Source of the DNA: a virus | Taxonomy: Duplodnaviria; Heunggongvirae; Uroviricota; Caudoviricetes | Virus record (IMG/VR): IMGVR_UViG_2563366922_000008 | Coordinates: 1 to 37,816 of that record | DNA: 37,816 nt | Strand: one strand, 5' to 3' | Shown here: piece after piece, positions 1 through 7,998 of the stretch | Layout: each line of letters starts with the position of its first letter | Numbering within the stretch: the stretch's first letter is position 1 | Notes under the pieces: generated by a model | Told to the model about the DNA's origin: nothing | Databases searched by the model: none | What the model saw: the letters and a program-made list of their open reading frames with translations, nothing else | Translations under genes and position numbers: made by a program

Positions 1-117
1 ATGATTCTGAACCAGCCTGGTGCACGGCTGGGACGGAAGTCGCTGTCGTTCTCAAAATCGGTGGAGCTGCATGACAAAGTCATCGGGCATTATCTGAATA
101 TAAAACACTATCAGTAA
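1..117 (+). CDS. Possible 3' end of a gene truncated by the window edge (38 codons then TAA)
   Basis: Open frame from position 1 to stop at 115-117, convergent with the minus-strand gene ending at 111; no recognisable motif, could be non-coding. Confidence 0.2.
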   Translation: MILNQPGARLGRKSLSFSKSVELHDKVIGHYLNIKHYQ

Positions 118-317
118 GTTGGAGTCATTACCGACAATGCGCAGGAATCACGAAACTCGTTCAGATCAGGCTTATTACCATCGACTTTAACGGCAGTATT
201 TGGCTTAAAATAAAAACCAGCGCCCCACCCGTTACCGCGCACCTCAATAATGGCAATGCTGTTAATTCCTTTAACCTCTCCACCGTCAAATTTGAAAGCA
301 CCGCTTTCTGTTTTCAT
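111..317 (-). CDS. Hypothetical 68-aa protein downstream of tailspike
   Basis: [20 protein letters not shown]...; ATG at 317 sits 9 nt after GGAGA and 1 nt after the stop of the upstream 61-aa gene (translational coupling); longer alternative starts at 326/344/356 exist. Confidence 0.4.
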   Translation of the reverse strand: MKTESGAFKFDGGEVKGINSIAIIEVRGNGWGAGFYFKPNTAVKVDGNKPDLNEFRDSCALSVMTPTY

Positions 318-318
318 T

Positions 319-504
319 TTAATCATTCTCCGTAACAGGTTCATTGTGAGCAGCATTTAGTACTCGCTGGAGTGGCTGGTCATTTTCGCGATCTAATTCA
401 GCCTGTAATGCATTCATTGAAGAATTAAAAGCAGGAACTTCATGACCGCTAAGATTTACGCGAAGCATAAACTGCATGATATTTTGAATAGTTTGCTTAT
501 CCAT
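319..504 (-). CDS. Hypothetical 61-aa protein immediately downstream of tailspike
   Basis: ORF MDKQTIQNIMQFMLRVNLSGHEVP...; ATG at 504 preceded by AGGA; starts 12 nt after tailspike stop. Confidence 0.4.
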   Translation of the reverse strand: MDKQTIQNIMQFMLRVNLSGHEVPAFNSSMNALQAELDRENDQPLQRVLNAAHNEPVTEND

Positions 505-516
505 TTTATTGTCCTG

Positions 517-1953
517 TTAAGTTAAACCAATTAATCCATGCCCGGTTGAAGCATGTAAGTCCTGAATTAATGCTGCAACTACCTTTGCTAAATCTTCGTG
601 AGTTATTGTTCCAGAGTTAAATGCTGCTCGGGATACGGTGCCGGTTGGCGATCCCCATCCCGTCCTCCTCTCTGAAATAACTTGATTGCCATTAAGTCGT
701 ATTCTTAAGTTGTTGAAGTTAGCCCAGTTCTCAGCCCTGTTGAAACTCAAATGTGTTGTATTTGCCGGGCCCGTTCCTACCGTAATTCGTTGATTGTCGC
801 CCATCAAAATTGCGCAGTTGTTTGAAAATCTAGCTTCAGAAAATGAAATTCCACTCCTAAAATAATTTGTTCTAAATCTAATGCCGTTTGCAGCTCCAGA
901 TGATAGAGATCCCTCAAGTCTGATGTATTCGCCATTACCTACCTCGGTTAGTTCCTCTGTTGGAGTGGAAATAGAATTACCTCTAAACAACATTCCTGTC
1001 CAGATATAACCATTTGGAGCTTCACTCCCTCTTCCGATGGTAATCATCTGTGTTACTGGATTGCTTTTATCCTGAGTTACACATACCAACCCTCTTACAG
1101 ATCCTTGCAGTGCATTCTCCATCCATCCTTTATCGGGACCTCGATTATTCAGATTAAATTCATGTGCAATAGTGCTAATCGCTCCATTCTGCACTGCATC
1201 TCCTAATACTGCACCATATGACCACCCCCCCCATGTTTCGGCTTGCGGATTTCTTGATTCTCCACGCATGTGGTGACCAATTGAATGCCCATTCCCTCCC
1301 TCATGCTTAGCAACACTTGTAGTTGTGCATGTATATGCACTTCCTGACACCTTGCGCAAAGAGTTATAAATTACCCCCTGATCCCATCGTTTGATGCCGT
1401 CATCCCTAGTTGCAGAACTAATTTTTTCCAGCCAAATAATGGGATCTGGAATTGGTGTTTCTGGTATGGAGAATCTCTGTCGTGTAGCATTTTTATATAT
1501 GATAGTTTCATTGTTATAAATATTGTCACCAGCTGCATCTGAACCAGTCCATCCTGAGCCAGCATAAAAATTCTTAAGTCCATCACCAGACTGTCCAGTC
1601 AAAACTACTCTTAACTGATCCGGGTCATACTTCAGCACATTTGGGAATTTGAACTGCTGTGCACCATACGCATCATAAACAGCCATAGAATGGCCTTGCT
1701 CAGTTACGAATTTGGCAATCTGTCCGTTATATACAGGGTAACCAGCGGCGTTAATGATGATTGGTTGCGAAACGGGAACATGAGAGCCGTCTTCGTTCTC
1801 TACATAAACCTGAATCTGGTTTTCAGGATTTACTGGGTCAGTGTCAATTTTACCGATATAAATCTTTCCATTAGCTACGGCTTTAAAAGAACGAGCCATA
1901 GTGAAGAGTTGCGAAGGCATGCTGACTACAACATTGGCTGTAATGTCTGTCAT
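517..1953 (-). CDS. Tailspike / tail fiber protein with P22 gp9-type N-terminal head-binding domain and a divergent receptor-binding region
   Basis: 478-aa ORF; N-terminus [11 protein letters not shown]...[33 protein letters not shown]...NVLKYDPDQ matches the P22 tailspike head-binding domain as I recall it; rest unlike the P22 endorhamnosidase; GGAG 8 nt upstream of ATG. Confidence 0.8.
   Translation of the reverse strand: MTDITANVVVSMPSQLFTMARSFKAVANGKIYIGKIDTDPVNPENQIQVYVENEDGSHVPVSQPIIINAAGYPVYNGQIAKFVTEQGHSMAVYDAYGAQQFKFPNVLKYDPDQLRVVLTGQSGDGLKNFYAGSGWTGSDAAGDNIYNNETIIYKNATRQRFSIPETPIPDPIIWLEKISSATRDDGIKRWDQGVIYNSLRKVSGSAYTCTTTSVAKHEGGNGHSIGHHMRGESRNPQAETWGGWSYGAVLGDAVQNGAISTIAHEFNLNNRGPDKGWMENALQGSVRGLVCVTQDKSNPVTQMITIGRGSEAPNGYIWTGMLFRGNSISTPTEELTEVGNGEYIRLEGSLSSGAANGIRFRTNYFRSGISFSEARFSNNCAILMGDNQRITVGTGPANTTHLSFNRAENWANFNNLRIRLNGNQVISERRTGWGSPTGTVSRAAFNSGTITHEDLAKVVAALIQDLHASTGHGLIGLT
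1225..1232 (-). repeat. Homopolymeric G8 tract (C8 on plus strand) inside tailspike coding sequence
   Basis: Plus strand ...accaCCCCCCCCatg...; encodes W-G-G-W (tgg ggg ggg tgg) in the tailspike frame. Confidence 0.9.
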
Positions 1954-2021
1954 TTAATTTGCTCCAGATACAAGGAATCGCCGCAGCATTGCCACAGTGA
2001 TGCATTATTAATCAAACAAAG

Positions 2022-2036
2022 AGACCACTGTGGTCT
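2022..2036. promoter_or_regulatory. 15-bp palindrome AGACCACTGTGGTCT in mnt-tailspike intergenic region; candidate Mnt operator
   Basis: Perfect 7-bp inverted arms around a central T, about 65 bp upstream of mnt; resembles the symmetric P22 mnt operator in style (recalled, not verified). Confidence 0.35.
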
Positions 2037-2099
2037 TATTGAGGATGCAACCAGCAGATAATAAGATGCCGATCCACTCACAAAAGCGAGGCATCAAGA

Positions 2100-2351
2100 A
2101 TGGGAAGAGATGACCCGCAATTTAATCTGCGGCTACCTTACGAATTAAAGGAAAAACTAAAACAGCGAGCCAAATCCAATGGCCGCTCTCTTAATTCAGA
2201 ATTAGTTCAGATAGTTACTGATGCTGTATCAAAGCCATCCAAAATTTCAGGCTATCGAGACGATGCGGAACGCATCGCTGATGAGCAGTCCGAACTTGTT
2301 AAGAAGATGGTGTTTGATACGCTGAAGGATTTGTACAAAAAACCCACCTGA
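2100..2351 (+). CDS. mnt: Mnt repressor (ribbon-helix-helix, P22 immI-type)
   Basis: 83-aa ORF MGRDDPQFNLRLPYELKEKLKQRAKSNGRSLNSELVQIVTDAVSKPS...ADEQSELVKKMVFDTLKDLYKK, matching P22 Mnt in length and sequence as recalled. Confidence 0.85.
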   Translation: MGRDDPQFNLRLPYELKEKLKQRAKSNGRSLNSELVQIVTDAVSKPSKISGYRDDAERIADEQSELVKKMVFDTLKDLYKKPT

Positions 2352-2367
2352 CGGTGGGTTAATTTTT
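2341..2367 (+). terminator. Rho-independent terminator-like hairpin at mnt 3' end
   Basis: aacccacc-tgac-ggtgggtt followed by aattttt; mnt stop codon lies in the loop. Confidence 0.5.
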
Positions 2368-2450
2368 GCATTTACCTGGGCCATATTGACTACTTATAAA
2401 ATGAGATCAATATTTAATCGCCCAATAACGGGTGTATGTTGAGGTATATC

Positions 2451-2630
2451 ATGGCGAAAAAACCAGGTGAAAACACAGGAAAAAACGGCGGAATATACCA
2501 AGAAGTTGGCCCGCGCGGCGGTAAGAAAGACAATTTTGCCACCGTCAAGGACAACGAAAGGCTTCCACCAACAACAAAGCCAGGTCATGGCTGGGTATTA
2601 GATAAGCGAACTCCAGACAGCAAAAAGTAA
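2451..2630 (+). CDS. Hypothetical small basic Gly/Lys-rich protein (59 aa)
   Basis: ATG at 2451 with GAGGT 5 nt upstream; MAKKPGENTGKNGGIYQEVGPRGGKKDNFATVKDNERLPPTTKPGHGWVLDKRTPDSKK; followed by a terminator hairpin; table ORF starts at an upstream TTG. Confidence 0.45.
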   Translation: MAKKPGENTGKNGGIYQEVGPRGGKKDNFATVKDNERLPPTTKPGHGWVLDKRTPDSKK

Positions 2631-2636
2631 TAATCA

Positions 2637-2658
2637 AGCCGGATCACTCCGGCTTTTT
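2637..2658 (+). terminator. Rho-independent terminator (aagccgga-tcact-ccggctt + TTTTT) between convergent genes
   Basis: Perfect 7-bp stem with T5 run on plus strand directly after the 2451-2630 ORF; stop codon of the minus-strand gene lies inside the hairpin. Confidence 0.5.
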
Positions 2659-3009
2659 GATATGTCGCTCGCAGAACTCAACAAGCCTGCTCATTAAGTA
2701 GCAGTAAGTCTCGTTGGCTCTTCCTGGTTCAACATCAACACCGACCCTTGAGCAGATATCGAATGCCATGTGAGCGCACTCATGGGCAATAGTAGATAGT
2801 TTGCCATTGAACACGCCTATCACATGCAAAACACCATTCTCGCTACTCATTGTATGAGACGCTCCGTTGGCGTCCGAGTCATGCACGTCAACGCCAAGTT
2901 TTTGATGCAGGCGTTGCCATTCTGGAAAGTCTCTACAAAACACAATTGTACCGCTCTCAAAGAGCGGTACTAGCATCTTTGGTACGTTTCCAATGTTAAC
3001 TTTTTTCAT
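2644..3009 (-). CDS. Hypothetical 121-aa protein with HExxH motif (possible small zinc-metallopeptidase-like protein)
   Basis: ORF MKKVNIGNVPKMLVPLFESG...STIAHECAHMAFDICSRVG...; ATG at 3009 with AGGA 5 nt upstream; HECAH is a candidate zincin motif; no family assigned. Confidence 0.5.
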   Translation of the reverse strand: MKKVNIGNVPKMLVPLFESGTIVFCRDFPEWQRLHQKLGVDVHDSDANGASHTMSSENGVLHVIGVFNGKLSTIAHECAHMAFDICSRVGVDVEPGRANETYCYLMSRLVEFCERHIKKPE

Positions 3010-3043
3010 GGTATCCTGCGCAAAACTAAGGAGAGTTAATTAT

Positions 3044-3529
3044 ATGAAAAAATCACTGTTAATTATCCCGCTTCTGCTGGCTGGGTGCGCAAAAGTAAGC
3101 GACTATCAGGCAAGTTGCGAGCAACGCTATCCAAAGCTTAGCGATATGGCTAATTGCCTTGATGCCAGCTTGAAGAACGACTCTCGCATGGCATCAGCAC
3201 CAACACCTAAGCTGTATGTCCTTGCTGCGAAGATGCTCGGGCAAGGTGTCGATGAAGGCAAGATAAGTGACACACAGGCAAGACTTGAACTTCAGAATCT
3301 TTATGTTCAATTACAAAGCCAAGAACAAGCCCAACAAATAGCGCAAAGCCAAGCATTCCAGCAGGCTTTATTGAATTATCAGGCTGTAAACACAATGCAA
3401 GCGATCGAGCAAAAAGCGCGCCAGCCTGTTATAACTCAACCTTACCCAACACGCGTTGACACATATACAAACTGCAATTCAGGATTTGGAAACACGGTAA
3501 CATGCAACAGTAGCAGTAATATCAGGTAG
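3044..3529 (+). CDS. Putative lipoprotein (161 aa) with Gln-rich helical region, in the P22 sieA slot
   Basis: ATG at 3044 with AAGGAGAG upstream; N-terminus MKKSLLIIPLLLAGCAK has signal peptide plus lipobox LAGC; Q-rich middle (QLQSQEQAQQIAQSQAFQQALLNYQ); Cys-containing C-terminus. Confidence 0.6.
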   Translation: MKKSLLIIPLLLAGCAKVSDYQASCEQRYPKLSDMANCLDASLKNDSRMASAPTPKLYVLAAKMLGQGVDEGKISDTQARLELQNLYVQLQSQEQAQQIAQSQAFQQALLNYQAVNTMQAIEQKARQPVITQPYPTRVDTYTNCNSGFGNTVTCNSSSNIR

Positions 3530-3543
3530 TTATATCTTATCTT

Positions 3544-5391
3544 TTATTGCTGTTCTGCTGTAATTTGGCTTGAAAGTATAGGGCGTATCGCATTTGCAGC
3601 ATTATTTAGCGCTCTTTCATAGGCTGGCGTTCCTGCTTTGGTGTTTGCCAAACGTAAGAGAGCATTCCTTGCTGCTTTGGACTCATACAAGCGCATCATT
3701 GCACCGAAACCAGCCTCAAGCCCCATTGATACGCCAAGAGTCGCAGTTGCGCCAATCGTCCTTATCCTGTTGGCTTGCGATTGCCCCGTCTGAGTTACTA
3801 CATTTGCGGTGTCTGACCTTGCTGTTTGCTGTAGAACTTCATGAAGAGCATCAAGCTCTTTCATGTGCTTTCCAGAAAAAATAGTGTTGTAAATTTCACC
3901 GCCTGACTGAGATTTCAGCTTATTAACTTCAGTGATGAACTTGGCTGGAGAGTCACCGGATTTTTCCGCTATTTTGCTGACGTAAGCTGCACGCATAGCA
4001 TCTTTCCCTTTATCATCCAATGCGCTCCAGATTCGTTTCACGTCAGATGGTTTTCTGCTTAATACAACGGTATTTATAAGTTCAGGACTGGCTTCACTGC
4101 TTGCCTTGTTGAGCTTGTTAGCAATGTTTTTATTAAGCACCTTATTATAAACGTTTGCATAATCGGAATTTGCTTTAAGGTATTTTGCTGCGTCTGATGC
4201 ACCGAGGTTTTTAGCAACTGCGTTACGAAGGTCTTTTGACATTGCATTCTCTACCATATTGGTAGCTGCTTTTGCCTGGTTGGGGAAGACCATAGCATCT
4301 CCCTGAACATTAGATCTAAATGCTGTTCTGTGCTGACGCAAGAGATCAAACGTAACATCCAAATCAGTTGCAGGGTTTGCTAATTCTTCACGTAGGTTAC
4401 GCAAGGATGTAAGCAGGCTTTGATTGGCAGATGTCCCAAGCCGTTCCTGTCTTGCGATCGCTGTATTCAGAGCATTCATGGTATTTGTGGTATCAACTGA
4501 GGCATTACCCATTTTATTGGTGACGTCATTGATAACAGCGCCATCGGCATCCTTCCGCCCCCTTAACGTGGTGGTCAGAGATTTCACCACATCATCAGGG
4601 TTGTACTCACCAAAACGGTCAAAATAATTACTTACCAGCTTACTACGCGTTGCATATTGCTCAGCTCGCTTTGAGCCTGTCCCGAGCAAAGCCCCCTCGG
4701 CATCCTGAGTAAGGCCACGAGTGAAAGCATTTTTCGGTGGGATGACATCAGATGTCATTGGCGTCACACCCATTGATTCTGAGGTGGCAATTTTTTTCGC
4801 TACTTCTGGCGCGATATCGCCTTTTATAGCCGTTATTCCACGCCCTATTCCCTTTGCTGCTGCGGAAAGAACACCCTGAGCGGCAAGGTTAACTCCGGCA
4901 TTTATGGCTGCATTTTGCGCGAAATCACCTTTCTGGTTTGCGGCTTCTGCCAGTGATCCAATAGCCATGCTTCCTGCCGTTCCAACTCCTGGAACTAAAT
5001 ACCCGCCAATTGTTTCTCCAGCTTGCGCATAAGGGTCTGTCGGTCGATCGACAGGGCGATAAACATCATCCAAAACCTTGGGGCCACCAAGCCCCTGGCT
5101 GATTGCATTAATCAGACTTGCGCCACCCTGCAATACGTCAAATGGTATGTTTACCAGACCACGACCAGCCTGTTCTGCAATTTGCCCTGCACTTTGAGCA
5201 CCTGTGAGCCAATCGCCAGCTTGTTGCATCAATGATGGTTCTTCACGTGCTGGTTCATTATTGGCCTGATTAACTGTTTGTTGCTGAACAGCCTGACCAG
5301 CAAAATACTCATCAATGGCGGTGCCAATATCTTCCGTGCTCGTACCATCAGGGAAGGTAAATGTCTTACCGTTTGCAGTTACTTTCATCAT
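3544..5391 (-). CDS. Ejection (injection) protein, P22 gp16-like
   Basis: 615-aa [36 protein letters not shown]...; position and size as P22 gene 16; start ATG overlaps gp20 stop. Confidence 0.85.
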   Translation of the reverse strand: MMKVTANGKTFTFPDGTSTEDIGTAIDEYFAGQAVQQQTVNQANNEPAREEPSLMQQAGDWLTGAQSAGQIAEQAGRGLVNIPFDVLQGGASLINAISQGLGGPKVLDDVYRPVDRPTDPYAQAGETIGGYLVPGVGTAGSMAIGSLAEAANQKGDFAQNAAINAGVNLAAQGVLSAAAKGIGRGITAIKGDIAPEVAKKIATSESMGVTPMTSDVIPPKNAFTRGLTQDAEGALLGTGSKRAEQYATRSKLVSNYFDRFGEYNPDDVVKSLTTTLRGRKDADGAVINDVTNKMGNASVDTTNTMNALNTAIARQERLGTSANQSLLTSLRNLREELANPATDLDVTFDLLRQHRTAFRSNVQGDAMVFPNQAKAATNMVENAMSKDLRNAVAKNLGASDAAKYLKANSDYANVYNKVLNKNIANKLNKASSEASPELINTVVLSRKPSDVKRIWSALDDKGKDAMRAAYVSKIAEKSGDSPAKFITEVNKLKSQSGGEIYNTIFSGKHMKELDALHEVLQQTARSDTANVVTQTGQSQANRIRTIGATATLGVSMGLEAGFGAMMRLYESKAARNALLRLANTKAGTPAYERALNNAANAIRPILSSQITAEQQ

Positions 5392-6860
5392 TCCACCGTA
5401 AATTGAATGCCTGATTTTGAGGTATATGATCCGGATTGACTCTGCTGCTGTTGGGTATTTGCCGGTTGTTGGCTATTGCTCTGTTGTTGACTATTTGCAG
5501 CACTTGAAACCACCAAAGCATCATAAACGCGACCAGACTGACCACGTAATGAGTTATATTGGCCCTGCATTTTTCGCATTTTTGTTTCAGTAGCATCCTT
5601 GGAATCACCGGGCTGAGGCAGGTACATTTTGGAATACTCCTGCATCTCTGGCAGAGTAATTGCTGCACCTGTTTCTGGGCGCAAAATTGCATACAAGGCG
5701 TCTCTCGCATTTACCATATATTGCTGCTCCGCTGGTGATAGGCTTAAATTTGCAATAGTCCCATCACCAAGAGAGCGATTTATTAATGCAACTCGCTTAG
5801 GGTCAATGCTTTTACTAAGCTGATTCATTGAGTCCATTGAATCTTTTAATCGCAAAGCAAATCCTGCCGCCTTCTTGGAACCCTCATTAGCCTTATCTAT
5901 GATGCTTTGCGCTTGTGGCAAGCTAATTGGTTTAATGCCATCACCAGATATAGGTTGGTTTAGTTTTCCGGCTTCCTCGCTGCCATCGGTGTAATACTTA
6001 GTTACCGAGCCATCAGGATTGGTTTCAACCTTAAGTAATTTCTTAGCATTGGGATTAATTCCCGCCGCTGCCGCAAATGCCGCTGCACCATCGGGATCCG
6101 CCTTTAACATTTGCGCGTACTGATTATAATTCTGCATTGCAGCTGTTGGTGCATATGCTGACGTTAACGCATTTGCTCGGCTAATATCCTGCCCTCTCGC
6201 CTGAAGCGCCTCTCCAGCCTGATTGCTGCGGATTGTCTCTGCCAGCCTTCCTCGGTCAATTTCACGACCAGCCATCTTGTCCTGAACATTGAAGTAATCA
6301 ATCGGACCAAGAGCAGCCATTCCAAGGTGATCAACAAACTCACCAAATCCTGAAGGATTCTGCTGATACATCTGAGCAACGTTATTAGGGTCAACACCGA
6401 CGAGCGCCAGCTCATTGGCGTTGTTTTGCAGCCATGATTGCATTGCTTCTGGAGACGATGACGCAAGGCGTGCGCCAGCCGCTAAGGTGCCGATAGAATT
6501 GCGCTGGTCTTCGTCTGCCCACTTCATACCAGACTGAATCTTCTCTAATTGACCAGGATATTTGGTCATCAGATCTCGAACCTGCTGTCGATCACCGGAC
6601 TGGATGGCTGCCGCATATTCTTTTTGGAATGCAGCATCCGCTTCCTTTTGCTTTGCGGCTTGATATGTTTGAGCGACACTACCAAGTCCATGCAACGCCT
6701 GAAGGCCGATGTTATTGCGATCTGACCGCTCCATTTCGTTGTTCTGGCGAATATAGGCCAACGCCTCACTTACATCACTTGCCTTTGGCGCATTTGAGTT
6801 TTGCCCACCGATACCAGCAAGAAAACCGCCTGAGTTGATTCCTTGTTGCCAAGTAGCCAT
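5388..6860 (-). CDS. Ejection protein, P22 gp20-like
   Basis: 490-aa ORF between gp7 and gp16 homologues; AAGGTGGG RBS upstream of ATG. Confidence 0.85.
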   Translation of the reverse strand: MATWQQGINSGGFLAGIGGQNSNAPKASDVSEALAYIRQNNEMERSDRNNIGLQALHGLGSVAQTYQAAKQKEADAAFQKEYAAAIQSGDRQQVRDLMTKYPGQLEKIQSGMKWADEDQRNSIGTLAAGARLASSSPEAMQSWLQNNANELALVGVDPNNVAQMYQQNPSGFGEFVDHLGMAALGPIDYFNVQDKMAGREIDRGRLAETIRSNQAGEALQARGQDISRANALTSAYAPTAAMQNYNQYAQMLKADPDGAAAFAAAAGINPNAKKLLKVETNPDGSVTKYYTDGSEEAGKLNQPISGDGIKPISLPQAQSIIDKANEGSKKAAGFALRLKDSMDSMNQLSKSIDPKRVALINRSLGDGTIANLSLSPAEQQYMVNARDALYAILRPETGAAITLPEMQEYSKMYLPQPGDSKDATETKMRKMQGQYNSLRGQSGRVYDALVVSSAANSQQQSNSQQPANTQQQQSQSGSYTSKSGIQFTVE

Positions 6861-6869
6861 ATTCCCACC

Positions 6870-7544
6870 TTAAAACAATGATCCAAGACCACCGATAACA
6901 CCGCCAGCAAGAGCACCAATACCAGTCCCAATAACAGGAACTGCACTACCAATCATTGCACCTGATGCCGCACCGCTCATGGCACCGCCCAAAGCTGATT
7001 GCAATCCTGATGGTCGGTTAGCATTCGCCGCAGATGCTGCCGCCTGCTGTTGATACAATTGGCTGACGTTGTTAGCGTAGTTCTGTCCGGCGTTTGCCTG
7101 ACCTGTAAGAGCACCAAGGCCGATATTTGCCAGATTGTTGTAGTTGTTCATCTGACCTGACAGCCAGTTTTGACCGAGTGTAGGTGCGATTGCTGCCAGC
7201 TGGTTTCCGGTTGCTGTAGAGCCTAATCCACCAGTTGCCTCTGCTGCTGCCAGACTCTGATAGCGCGCCTGCCATGCAAGGTCTTTGTACTGCTGAGAGT
7301 TGTAATACTGGTTAAGAGCCTGACCTTGCCCCTGAAGAGAGGAAAGATTCTGCAACTCTGATACATACTGCTGAGCAAGTGGCGTGAACGGTGCAAGGTT
7401 TTGCATGTTCGTCTGCCACATTTCACGCTGCAGTTCGATGTTCTTTTCAGTTGCGCGTGCCTGGGCTTTAGAGCCGCCATCACTGCCACCTTTGCAGTAA
7501 ACAGCTTTGCTGAGGTGCTTATTGGCAATCTGGAAAATTAACAT
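6870..7544 (-). CDS. Ejection protein, P22 gp7-like
   Basis: 224-aa ORF ...KAQARATEKNIELQREMWQTNMQNLAPFTPL... with Gly/Ala-rich C-terminus; GAGGAG RBS; P22 gene order. Confidence 0.8.
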   Translation of the reverse strand: MLIFQIANKHLSKAVYCKGGSDGGSKAQARATEKNIELQREMWQTNMQNLAPFTPLAQQYVSELQNLSSLQGQGQALNQYYNSQQYKDLAWQARYQSLAAAEATGGLGSTATGNQLAAIAPTLGQNWLSGQMNNYNNLANIGLGALTGQANAGQNYANNVSQLYQQQAAASAANANRPSGLQSALGGAMSGAASGAMIGSAVPVIGTGIGALAGGVIGGLGSLF

Positions 7545-7998
7545 TCTTTAGCTCCTCGTATTTTGAGCGCGGTAACTGATAAATCGTGATGCCTACAGGC
7601 TTTCCATTGCTGGTATAAGCATCATCAAGGTGACCAACACGGGTAGCGCCAAGCAAACGGATAATTGACCGTCCGTATTTGGTGGTGTCAGGAACCATGG
7701 TGATGCTGTTAAGGAATGGTGAGTTTTCGAGAAGCCATTTGCAGAATAATCGATGCCCTTGCAGTGCATATTCACCACGGAATCCGGGGTCGTACACCGC
7801 ATGGCATTCCACAACGCTATGCCAGAAGTTACGCACTTCATGAACGCCAGACAGCACTAATCCTTCGTAGATGCCGAGATATACCGCATCAGGCTTGATG
7901 TAGTATTTATCTCCACTGTCTACGATATTTCCCGTGTTTGCCGGGTTGTTGAGGAATTCTGCAAGCTTCACCGGATTATCGATGAGCTTTATTTCCAT
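7519..7998 (-). CDS. gp14-like virion assembly protein (assigned by position)
   Basis: 159-aa [26 protein letters not shown]... between needle and gp7 genes; ATG at 7998 overlaps needle stop (table start 8001 is GTG). Confidence 0.65.
   Translation of the reverse strand: MEIKLIDNPVKLAEFLNNPANTGNIVDSGDKYYIKPDAVYLGIYEGLVLSGVHEVRNFWHSVVECHAVYDPGFRGEYALQGHRLFCKWLLENSPFLNSITMVPDTTKYGRSIIRLLGATRVGHLDDAYTSNGKPVGITIYQLPRSKYEELKNVNFPDCQ

Noticed and set aside
1690-2061. 123-aa plus-strand ORF overlapping the tailspike start region
   Set aside because: Lies antisense inside the well-supported tailspike gene and runs into the mnt upstream region; no RBS; treated as a shadow ORF.
2394-2588. 64-aa minus-strand ORF overlapping the small basic ORF
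   Set aside because: Mutually exclusive with the plus-strand ORF 2451-2630, which has a GAGGT RBS and its own terminator; the minus-strand frame has neither. Low certainty either way.
3594-6466. Several 60-115-aa ORFs on either strand inside the ejection-protein genes (e.g. 3594-3884, 5366-5710, 6164-6466)
   Set aside because: All overlap long, well-supported structural genes in other frames or antisense and lack ribosome-binding sites.
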